64,000 bases of DNA from Lama glama. Its lineage: Eukaryota. The DNA lies in contig CM052817.1 in NCBI GenBank assembly GCA_028534125.1, positions 44,704,001 through 44,768,000 on the forward strand, given 5' to 3'. The translations under genes and the position numbers were made by a program. Below, one piece after another: positions 12,901 through 24,900 of the stretch; position 1 is the first letter of the stretch, and every line of letters begins with the position of its first letter. The notes below the pieces were generated by a model. That model searched no databases. It was not told the origin of the DNA and worked only from the letters and a program-made list of their open reading frames with translations.

Positions 12901-15900
12901 ATTCACAGAAGATGAACCTTGAATGAAACGAGAGCCGTGCATTACAGATGACGGCTAAATCTAAGAGTACCAAATATTTCATTTTGGTCAATTTCTCTGA
13001 TTAAATTCTACATAGATCTTAAGTTTAGAAAACTTTACAAAACACTTCACAATAAACTTTTATTTTTGCCCCCCAAATAATACCATTTGTTTTCCAAAGA
13101 CTGTACTTATTTTATGTTACCCATTGACATAGTCAGACAAATTTGTACTTTCCTTTTAGATAGAAGAGCTGGAGAAGCAGTTAGTTCTTGCCAACTCAGA
13201 GTTAACAGAAGCACGGACAGAACGTGATCAGTTCAGTCAGGAATCTGGAAATCTGGACGATCAACTTCAAAAGCTCTTGGTAAGATGATGCTCTAAAATA
13301 TGAATGGGATTGATTCTGGGAAGTTTTTACCATAATACTTCCCAAAACTAGTTTCATTGGTAACGTTACAAATTTTACAACATATTTGTTCAAATATACA
13401 CAGCACAGTATCCTAGACACCACTCAAGTTTTACATGTAAAAATATAATACTCTATACCTCTTTTTCCTCAAGAAGAACAGTTATGACTTAAAAGTTAGG
13501 TGAAGCTGATCTTGGGACAGCCATAGTCTTTCAATTAGGTACTTCATGCTTCTAAATTGAAGTTTGTTGAGTGTTCATTTCAAAGCCAAACAACATTCAA
13601 GACACATACAAATTATGTATAAAGGAAATTTGAGTGCAAGTTTAGGTAAAAAAAATGTTCTGAAAAAAAGAAAATAGGATTCTGATAGTAGTGAACCAGC
13701 CTCTGCCCTCTGTTAGAGGCACCCCAGGCTGAGAAATGTGGGAAAGGACATGTTTGGTACCCCTTTATGTGATATTTATTAGAGGTACTGCAGAGCAAGT
13801 TCCTCTTCCCCAGCAAACCCCATTCTAGGTAGGGCCATCCTTCACAGGCTGACGAGGGGCTTCCCAAGTGTGCACTAAAGGTAGAGCTGGCAATGGTGTG
13901 CTAGAAGCTCTAAACCTCGGATGATCTGTCAGTTCTTTCCCTCCTACTGTGTGCTTCCCAATGTCCTTGTATCTGTTTTGAAAATCTTGGAGATTCACTG
14001 TCTGAAAGATCCTCAGACCCATTCGCTCCTTTTCATTCTTGCTGTGACTACTGCTTCGTCCAAGCCCCTCATTATACCTGCATCAGGACGTCATCTCCTT
14101 ACTCGGTTCCTAACTCCAGTTTCTCCCCTCTTCAGTCCAGCCTATATTCATCTTTCTGAAATACAGCTCCCAGTGTGTCTCCCACCCCCAAATTACTCAT
14201 CCTATAAAGTCAGACTCCCTGCTTTTCAAAACTGCTCATGGTCCAGCTCCAGCTTACCTTTCCAGTCCTTTCTCTCTCCACATACACAGAGTGCTCCGAG
14301 CAAACCTCATGCATTCCTTTCTAGTCCCTCCTTCCTCATCTTTGCATCTCCAAGCTGTTCTCAAGGTCCAGCTCAAATGCCTTCTTGAAGCATTTTGATC
14401 TCCTTAGAGATTTTTCTCTGCTGTCCCTCTGTCTCTTTAATGAAAAAACACCTCCAGTTATTTGTGCCGTGTCTTCTCTCTCTCGGGTGATAAGTCCTCT
14501 AAAGATCTGTGTCTTTGTTTCTCCTTCTCTGACCATGGAGTTTTTGCCAACAGTAAACACTCACTATGTATTTTTTGAGTGATTGAAGAGGGAGGTCATT
14601 CTATTCACAGCCCAGTTGCTAATCCAATCCCAGTACTGAACGCTATCCTGCCATTTCTTAAGCAGTAAACCAAATTGCTATTGATATTCCTTCAAGCTTT
14701 TGAGCATTTCTTTGTTAAAGGAATACACTTGACATGAAACATAATGCCTTTGTTAGAAAATTGATAACAGGATGACTTCAGAAATCTACAGTATTTTCCA
14801 CTTCATTGCATGTTACTTGGGGTCTAGTCTATTGAGATTTACTTACAAAGCTAGAAATCATAAGTGAATAAAATGTTATTTTTCTAAGAAATCATTGTTC
14901 TTAACCAAGCCATTAAAAAGGAATCAGATTCCAAAATCAAAGGCTTCTCAAATCACATAAAAACTCCAAAGATGATGTAAGGGAAACTGGGTTTTATTTT
15001 AGCTATTTAATAATAGGGCAAAAAGCTTACCTCATTTCTTGTAGGCTGATCTCCATAAACGAGAGAAGGAGCTGAGTCTGGAGAAGGAGCAGAACAAGCG
15101 TCTGTGGGACCGAGACACGGGCAACAGCATCACCATCGACCACCTGCGGCGGGAGCTGGATGACAGGAACATGGAGGTGCAGCGCCTGGAAGCCCTCCTC
15201 AAGGCCATGAAGAGCGAGTGTCAGGGCCAGATGGAGCGGCAGGTCAGCAGGGCCGGGCGGCCCCTCCAGGGTCTCTCCTGGGAAAAATGCACTCTGTGTC
15301 TCACTGGTAGAGCTTTTGTTTAAAACGCATGGGCCTAAAATAGCTCTAAAGTAGAGCTGTGGATTCTGTGAGCAAGTGATAAAGACCTGTTGTTTGTTTC
15401 TATATTGTTAACCACTTGTTACATTAAAAACGTTAAGCTTTATCTCATTTTTGTACATTGTTGAGTAATGAAGCTCCCATCGAATTGCCTTTTCACTTTG
15501 GTCTAGAAATTGGTAACCTAATAATTGCTTATTTCAGAAAAGCATCAAACCATGGGGAGATCTGGGGAACAGCAGGGTTGATGGTTTCCAACAGATTTGT
15601 TTTTGTTTTTGTTTTTGTTTTTGTTTTTGTTTTTCCCTCAAAAGAAACTTTCCTCTCCTTTTCCCCCAGACTGACTAGGACTGATACCCATGCAGGATGG
15701 GTGGCCTCTGTTTCAGTGCACCATTGGTGAGATGTAGGATGCTTTATGAACAGCAGGGGACCTTCAGTACTGGAAGGGCATGATTCCAGTGTCAGTGGTT
15801 ACCATAGAGACCATGTGTGAAAACCAAAGAGTAAGCTTCCCCAGCTGAGAGAGCAAACCAAAGGGCCTTGGCTTAGCCCCAGGCAAAGCCCTTTCCTTAT

Positions 15901-18900
15901 TCTCTGGCCCAACCTGGCCAAGAATAAAGGTGAAAGGAGCGATTGGAAGTTGGAATCTTACTCTTTTCCGCACAAGGACCAGAGAATGTATGTTGGATAA
16001 AAGCCATTATTCACTTTTCCCTCAGAAGCAGAATTAATGGGCAGGTTGGAGGGAAATAGAGCTGTTGTCTTCAATCCCACACTTCCCCCTATTGCCTGTT
16101 GTCCGAACTTAAATTGGTACAGAAAACATCCTCCGAGGAAACTTGCCAGACTCCTCCCCACCCTAGAAAACCTTTCTGGAGGAGTGTTATTACTTAATCA
16201 AGGCCTCTCCACGTTGGTCTAATTAACTCGTCAGTCTGTGATCTGTATGAAGTCTGATAGCAAAACCACCTGAAGCATTATCAGATTCATGATTTCATGT
16301 TTTTGAGCTAATTTGTCGTATCCCTCAAGGCCTCTACCTCTGCCAAATCCATGAAATTTCTCTTCTTTAACAATCAGATGGCAGCAATTCAGGGAAAGAA
16401 TGAAAGTCTAGAAAAAGTGTCCTCCTTGACTGCTCAGCTTGAATCCACCAAAGAGATGCTCCGCAAGGTAGTGGAAGAGTTGACAGCCAAGAAGATGACC
16501 CTGGAGAGCTCAGAGAGGACCGTGTCAGACCTGACGGCTTCCCTACAGGAGAAGGAGAGGGCCATCGAGGCCACCAACGCGGAGATCACGAAGCTACGCT
16601 CCCGCGTGGACTTGAAGCTGCAGGAGCTGCAGCACCTGAAAAATGAAGGGGACCACCTCAGGAACGTGCAGACGGAGTGCGAGGCCCTCAGGCTGCAGAT
16701 GGCAGAGAAGGACAGAGTGATCGAGATCCTGCGCCAGCAGATCGAAAACATGACGCAGCTGGTGGGCCAGCACGGCCGGACGGCAGGCGCCATGCAGGTG
16801 GAGAAAGCCCAACTGGAGAAGGAGATCAACGACCGGAGGCTGGAGCTGCAGGAGGTCAAGGTCTGTGTAGGGTTCCGGGGGTTTCCGGGCTTGGCTGCTG
16901 GAATACCTTTTTCCCCTGGGTGAGGTTGACCTCATTTCCTGGAAGGAGGTTCTGTAGGACAGTTGTGGACACTCCAAAAGTGTTTGTGTCAGGGTGCAAA
17001 TGTGTGTTTTTGTTAGAAAGGATCCATTCTTTTGTTAGACTTCAAAAGGAGTGGCCTCCAGATGGTGCAGAATTCCAGATTCAGAGAAAAATCAGAAAAT
17101 GCAGCTTCTTTATGAAGCCTTTCCTGATCCCACAGTTTGAAGAAGTATCTTCTCCCTCTTCAGACAGACCTAAATTTGACCCCATCTCTCACCACTCAGT
17201 AACTGTAAAACACTGGACTATTTGCTGAATGTTGGCTTCTATGTCTGTATACCAAACCAAAACCAAAAAACAAACAAAACAAAAAACCCCATAAGTTTAT
17301 GGGGTTACTTGAGGCTTAAACGAGAAAATGTATATCAAGGACTTAGCTTGGTTCCTGGTCTGTAGAAGATGTTTAGATAATATTAGTTCCTTTCCCTGAT
17401 TCCACACTTTGTTTATACCTGTTGTAACCTGGATCACATTCTGTATTGCACTCTGTGTGTGTGTGTGTGTGTGTGTAAATAGCAGTGGCTCCTCTTCCCT
17501 GTAAGACTGCAAACTTCTTCAAGCAGGGTACATGTCTTATTCATCTTTGTATCTCTGCCCCATGACTTTGTGCCTTGCACCCAGCAGATGCTCAATGAAT
17601 ACTTATCAAAATTTAAAGCTACTGAAGGAATTTTTAAAAATTTAATTTCCTAAGCTTTATGTTACCTGTATCTGCCTGGTAACTAGTAGGAGACAAATCA
17701 CATACAGCTTATTTTTTTCTTTCAACTTCTAACGTTTATTCAAAATTTGTGGTTTTCAGAGGCAGGGGAAGGGAGGGGGAGGGGAAGTTGCTCCACTGCT
17801 TTGAGGTTTCTGCTCATCAGAGAGGCCTTTCCTGACCAACTGTGTCTGGGTCCCCAAGACCACTTCCAGGTTCTCATTTACTAGGAGGACTCACAGGACT
17901 CAGCAGATAGTCATGCTCATGGATAGGATTTATTACATTGGAAGCATCTAAAACAAAATTAGCAAAAGGAAAAAGCACATGCAGGGTTTTTATATTGGGG
18001 GCTGATCATACAGGCAAGGGAGCAGTCTCCCAAAAGGAAAGCAGGCGTTGAGCGTAAATCATTTTGTTTGCAGAGCAGTTTAGGCACAGCGGGCCATTCT
18101 TACCCATTAGACTGGTGGGAACCCTCTCCAAATCCAGGCTTCCCAACCGGCCAACAGCCAGCCTGCCTGCAGGCTTTCAGAAGGGTAGCAGTCAGGCTCT
18201 CTTCCACATTCCAGCTTGGCTCAAGTAGCAACTCCTCCCCGTGTCATTCTCTACCCCCTCACCTTTTTATTCTTTTTTTTTTTTGTCTGTTACTATTATC
18301 TGGCTGTTAAGTATTTGTTGTTGTCAATCTGTCTTTCACTAGAATGTGAAAGCCCCAAGAGGACAAGGACATTGTTTTGTTTACGGCTAGAGATGGCCAG
18401 GGCAGGGGAAGGGCAGGGAGGCGCCTGAGCGCAGAGCTCAAGCAGGCACTCCCCTAGGGCCTCGCGCGCCTCGCCTGCTACGCTGTCCTGGCATGTAGAG
18501 CAGGCCTGGCGCAAAACAGGTGCTCAGTGCATTTTTCTGAATGAATGAATATATAGAACAGGAATAATGAAGGGTTGTGGCCAGTGATACTGGGAATTGA
18601 CATCTAAGGTTAAAAGAAAGGTAAACTATTCCTTTTGTGTTTCCACTTACTATTGCTGCTTTATAATAAAATATAAATTCGATATCCTGGAAAATAGTGA
18701 AAAAATATTAAATATTGGTAGGATATTAATATGATGTCAGTTCTAACTATATAGATATTTTTTGTTTCTTACTCTGTTTTTTGTTTTTATACTTATATTT
18801 AGATTTTGAAAGATAAAAAAGATGCAAAGATACGGGAGCTGGAGGCCAGAGTGAGTGACTTGGAGCTGGAAAAAGTGAAACTGGTGAATGCAGGCTCTGA

Positions 18901-21900
18901 GCGGCTCCGTGCAGTGAAGGACATCAAACAAGAGAGAGATCATTTACTAAGTGAGGTGAAAACTAGTAGGAATGAGTTAAACAGTCTTACAGGTATGTTA
19001 CTCTCGTTCAAATTCTGCTAAAGAATAGGAGTGCTCTCAGTGAGGTTCAGGGTGGATACTAGGACTGTTGGAAAAGAATGATTCCTCTTCCCACATTACA
19101 GACATGGAAAATCGTGCTGCCCCAGTGGAGATATTTCATCACCAAATCCTGATTCTTCTCCTTGAAGTGCTTCTGTTTCTTGCACTTAGTAACCATTCAC
19201 TTTAATCAGCCCTCAGAGTCTATGAAATTCTCTACTGAGTTTCCAAGAGAAGGGTGAGGGAAGTGAAAACTTTGAGTCTTTTGAGTCAAATAGCTTTGAT
19301 TAGAAGTTTGATAATGAAGCAGCACGTGTGAATACTTATGCAAATTTATGCAAATGTATTAAAACAGAGAAACCCAAGGCCTTACATTTTAAAATGAAAC
19401 ACTCCTAGTTCACCATTAGTGTGGTATAGGTATCGTTTAAGTCACACACACACACACACACCCAAGCGGTTCCTGGGCATTTACATTGCCAGATGTTGGC
19501 AGGCCTGGAGACAACAGTGAGGCCCCGGGCTAGGTGGGAGCAGACCTGTGTAAACGGGTTATAGTACAGTGGGTGAGGCACAGTGGACGTGTGCTGGGTG
19601 CAGATGTAGCAGAGGGTGGAGAATCAGCCTCTGGTAGGAGGTGACATCTGTACTAAGTTTGATGGGGGAAAAGGAATTTGGCAGGTGAAAAAGTGGTAGA
19701 AGGGCAGTCCAGGCAGAGAGAACATTATGAGCAGAAGTGTGAAGGCATGAAATAACATAATGTGACCTCAGAAGTATTTGTAGGAGTAAAAGTGCAAAGC
19801 AATGAGGACAAAGAAATGAGGCGGAATAGATAGGTAGAGCCAGACAGTGTGGGGCCAGCAAAGGTGTTAAATGAGAGATTGTTGTCATAAAATTTACGTT
19901 TTAGAAGGACAGTGTCAGCAGGTAAAAAGAAAGGCAAGCCTTAAGGGACAGAGGCCAGCCAGTTAAGGATTTTGCAGTGGTCCCAGGCAAAGATGACGAG
20001 AACTTGAACTGAGGCAGTGGCAGTGAGAATGAGAGGCGAGAAAAGAATTAAGGATATTTTTGGAGATTGAATCAATGGTACTTAATTATCATAGGGGCTG
20101 TATGTGTTTCAGGTTTTAAATTTGCAGTACAGGGAAAACAATGATACCAGCACCTGAGAGAAGGAAACCAGCTTGGGGGAGGCTTGCAGCCAGGAGGGCG
20201 AGACATGTAGTCAGTGGAGGCCTTTGATTTGGGGGCACCAGGGCATCCATGTGGAAATATCTGGATAGACAGAGTCAGATCTCAGCAGAGAGGTCTTGGT
20301 TCTTTTTGTTTCCTTTATATGTAAATCTGTCAATGACATATAAAAATATAAATGTAGATAAATAGATAATTGAAAAAGTGTGTGTGTATTCTTGTATATG
20401 AATGACGAATATCAGGTATTTTGATAGTTACTAGAGATGAAAAATCAGATAAGACACAAGGCAGCCTCAGGTTACTCATCATGTCATGGAGATTCCTCTA
20501 CCTACAGATAGAGGTTCATCCACCTACTGTTGTGGTGGATATGACTATCTAAAAAGGCTCAAGATAAAATAGATGTGAGCCAATTACACAGGCTGGAAAA
20601 AAAGCGGTAAATGGTAAGAAAGGAAAAGACCCACCTAAGCAAATTAAAAAAAGTTAGATCCCTAGAAATGTGTATGTTCATCTAATTTCTGTAACAAATG
20701 ATGATGTAACTAAATGGAGTTTCTTTCAGCTCTAAAATTCTGATCATTAATTACAAATAAAATACACTTTATAACAATGGCTTAGAAAAAAGTAACCATC
20801 TATGATTGATTATTATGTTGTACAGAGGACTATGAAGTCTTAAAAAGGAATTTTCGAAACAAAAGTGAAGAAATGGAAACTACTACAAATAAGCTGAAGA
20901 TGCAGTTAAAATCTGCACAGTCTGAGCTAGAACAAACAAGAAATACGTTAAAGTCAATGGAAGGATCTGATGGTCACGGTATGCTTTAGTAGATATTTTT
21001 CCTTTTGTTTTTAATTCCCTAGGTCTGGATTTATTACAACACAAGCCCAGATACACTGCCTTTCACCTCTTCAGTGACATCAATGTGACATGATGTGAGA
21101 GACATACAAGAGTTGTCAGTGATGGGTGTTATGTAGCAAAAGTTCTCAGTTTTGGGAGCGGGAATTGTCATGTGCTTAATTTAATCCTAAAGTATCTGAA
21201 TCTTTCCTTTTCTGTAGCTATTTCAGTAATTTCTAACAGACCTCAACGTCCATAAATGCCAATTAATTGTTTTTAAGGAAGTGTTGATATAAATACAGGT
21301 TACAGATAATTTTCATTCAACCCCTTATTTTTCACGTGTTCATTATTTATGTAAACTATGTATCTGTGGCTAATTGTCAGTTCCTGATTCCTTCTCGGAG
21401 ATAAAAATGGAAAGGAGCCCTGGGACTTGAACTAATAGGATGAAGGGTCCCTTCTCACCACTTACACCTGTTCCCTTTTACTTTACTGCCCATATTAATT
21501 CAGAGAGAAAAGGTTAGTTGCTGTTTTGTATTATTCATATAATATTTAACTAAAGGCTACATTTTTCTATCTTAATGTTATATTTGTACTTGCTTCGGCA
21601 GCCTATATACCAAAATTGGAATGATACTGAAAAGATTATCATGGCCCCTGCACCAAGGTGGCACACAGACTCTTAGAGCATCCATATTTTGCGTGGTTCT
21701 TAGAGGTTCAGCTCTTTCTTTTCTGGTTAACACCAAGAAAATGATGGGGCTTGGCAAGGGCACTCAGGAGGCCCTTTGGAGTCTGCTCCCTCCTCCCTCC
21801 TCCACCAGAAAGAGTCCTTTCCTCAGTGCCCTCCAGGCATCTCCAAAACTGCCCCAGTCACATTACAGTTATTAAACTAAGCAGGTAATTCTGTATTTGC

Positions 21901-24900
21901 TGTTGAATATGTACTTTCATTGTTAAAATCATCTTAAAATAAAAAGATTATCAAGAAAATTACCTTTGAAGGCCAGCTATGATCCACTTAATCAGACCAG
22001 AATTCTTCAGAGTGGTGAGCAAATGATGCCAGACTTTTGATCTAATAAGTCAATGCGCTGCGCCTGTACTAACCCTGTTTTCGACAGTTTAGCTATAGGA
22101 ACTGCATCTTGTTACCAAGAAGTCATACTTTTCATCCTTCAGTGGTTTGTTTTTAAAGAGTGGCAAGTTTGCTTTTTCTTCTTAACCTCTAAGCTGTACC
22201 TGGACCTGACTCAAAGTAGTGGCATTTTCAAACCTCTTTTCTCAGCTGACTGTAAGAAACAACATAGGATCATTTGACTCTCCAAGCAAGGTTGAGCTTT
22301 ATTCATCCTTCCAGTGGCCTGCCATGTCTTAAGTATTCAGTGTCTACTACCTGTCTAGAATATTCTAATCCTGTCACCAGTTTTGATAAAATAATCACAT
22401 ATATGCTTATATTGTCAATTTGACTATTGAAACACTGAGTTCCAAGCACATGACAGTATCCATGAGACTGGAAATTGAATGGTTTGTGATATTACTGGAA
22501 TCTTTCAGAAGATCACTAATAGTAGAAGTTTTGTGTGGTATTTTATACATGAATTTCTAGAAAAATTACTTCAGTAAAAATATTATATACATTATTCATT
22601 ATATGACTATATATTTTTGTGTGTATATTTCCTATATGTGTAAGTGTGAATTTGGTCAGTGTTATTTACGTTGGATTTATGGCAAATTATGATGGTCAAT
22701 GAAATTAATTACAGCAAGAAATCACAAAACATCATCTCATATATACATTTCTTGGCTCAAAATCTCTGAGTAATTGCTGAAAATTATTATATCCCAAAAT
22801 TGTGAAATCTGAAGGCCTTTTTTTTNNNNNNNNNNNNNNNNNNNNNNNNNNNNNNNNNNNNNNNNNNNNNNNNNNNNNNNNNNNNNNNNNNNNNNNNNNN
22901 NNNNNNNNNNNNNNNNNNNNNNNNNNNNNNNNNNNNNNNNNNNNNNNNNNNNNNNNNNNNNNNNNNNNNNNNNNNNNNNNNNNNNNNNNNNNNNNNNNNN
23001 NNNNNNNNNNNNNNNNNNNNNNNNNNNNNNNNNNNNNNNNNNNNNNNNNNNNNNNNNNNNNNNNNNNNNNNNNNNNNNNNNNNNNNNNNNNNNNNNNNNN
23101 NNNNNNNNNNNNNNNNNNNNNNNNNNNNNNNNNNNNNNNNNNNNNNNNNNNNNNNNNNNNNNNNNNNNNNNNNNNNNNNNNNNNNNNNNNNNNNNNNNNN
23201 NNNNNNNNNNNNNNNNNNNNNNNNNNNNNNNNNNNNNNNNNNNNNNNNNNNNNNNNNNNNNNNNNNNNNNNNNNNNNNNNNNNNNNNNNNNNNNNNNNNN
23301 NNNNNNNNNNNNNNNNNNNNNNNNNTATGGTGTAAGGGTGTATTCTAGCTTCATTGTTTTACATGCTGCTGTCCAGTTTTCCCAACACCATTTGCTGAAG
23401 AGACTGTCTTTATTCCATTGTATATTCTTGCCTCCTTTGTCGAAGATGAGTTGACCAAAAGTTTTGAAGGCCGTTTTAATGAACACTTCCTTGAAACTGG
23501 CCAGGTGCCTTGGCGGAATCTCACTTGTCACTTTCTCATAATGTTTGACCATCATATTATAGTCACCTTTCAAAATTTGGAAACTTTAAAAACTAAGGCA
23601 CAGTTTGCTTCCTTTTTTTCCAGCTATGAAAGTGGCAATGGGGATGCAAAAGCAAATCACAGCTAAAAGAGGTCAGATAGATGCCCTTCAGAGCAAGATA
23701 CAATTTTTGGAAGAGGCAATGACAAATGCAAACAAGGTAACTTTTTTAGGATGAGGCTAAATATTAACAAATATGTACATACATTTGTGCATACCCCTCA
23801 TCATATGGACTTACTTATTTCCTTTGTTTTTGTTCTTTCCTATTTTTTTCTCCCCTCCTTTTCTTTTATCCTAAATTTGCTCTTTTCTTGTTTTTCCATT
23901 ATTTGCCTATTTGGAACCTAAAGCAGGGCTGACCCTCATCCTCCATGAGTGTGCTTACGTTAAGAGGTCGCTGCTGCTATAATTAGAGACGCCTGCCCCC
24001 ACTAAAGGAAGGCGCTCATCAAAGCTCAATGACATTCCCTCAGACAGGAAGGAGGCAGCTTGAAAAGTTAATCCTTCGTTCCTTCTGCACCCTCTTCTAC
24101 CTAACTAATCAGAAAAGGAAAAATTATTGGCATCCAAAATGTGTTATTACAGTTGTGATATCCTATTTCCTTATTTATATTAAGCATTTTCCTTCTGAAA
24201 TAATATATATTTAAAGAAATGTAGACTCAGTAAGTTCAGGTCTATATTTTAAGTTGGCTGCTATGCATTTGTTTTTTCTCCCTATTTCATGATGTTTTTT
24301 TAAAGGAATGAACTTGTATTAATGAAATTTATTGAATTAATGAACACCAGAGATTCTTCATAAGTTTATCAGCAAGTTCATTCTCATCACTGGACCATAG
24401 TGACTTTGAGGGTGGGAACTGTGAGTCCTATTTCTTTTTAGGACAAAGGGTCTATAGTAGGCATTTGTGACATGAATATTCATCCTGGAAACAAAATAGA
24501 AAGCCCACAAAGCTTTTAAATAAATGCATCTTCTTTAAATCTCTTGTGTCATTTAAACAAGTTTCAATAGATTTGGTATATGGTTACCCAATCTCAGTTC
24601 ACCATAACACTGTCTCTTTTTACTACAACCTAATTATTACATATTTTATAGGTTTTTTTCAAAGATCTATTAAGCCTAGAAAGAAGTAATAATACTAGTA
24701 CAGATTAAAATGAGATAGTACATGGTAACAGTTCTAGCAGCTCCCAACTTCAACTCAGAAGCAATTAAATGGCATATGAATTAAACTATAGTTCACATAT
24801 TTATGTAGTAGTTTTATATTTCCATCACATCTCAGCATCTACATCAGCATATTATTTCTGATATTTGCTTCTCTATAATTGTAGGAAAAGCATTTTCTAA

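Noticed and set aside
16434..17228. Overlapping antisense and alternate-frame ORFs (141, 127 and 183 aa)
   Set aside because: Shadows of the GC3-rich CCDC158 exon, with no independent evidence.
21586..21690. Functional U6 gene
   Set aside because: The ACAGAGA box and AGC triad are mutated, and no PSE/TATA is recognisable.
22067..22098. Perfect branch-point TACTAAC followed by ...ttttcgacag (cryptic acceptor)
   Set aside because: Short branch-to-AG spacing, no good downstream donor, and one 7-mer is expected by chance in 64 kb.
22737..23573. 278-aa and 177-aa ORFs
   Set aside because: Artefacts of reading through Ns; the real part is L1 ORF2.
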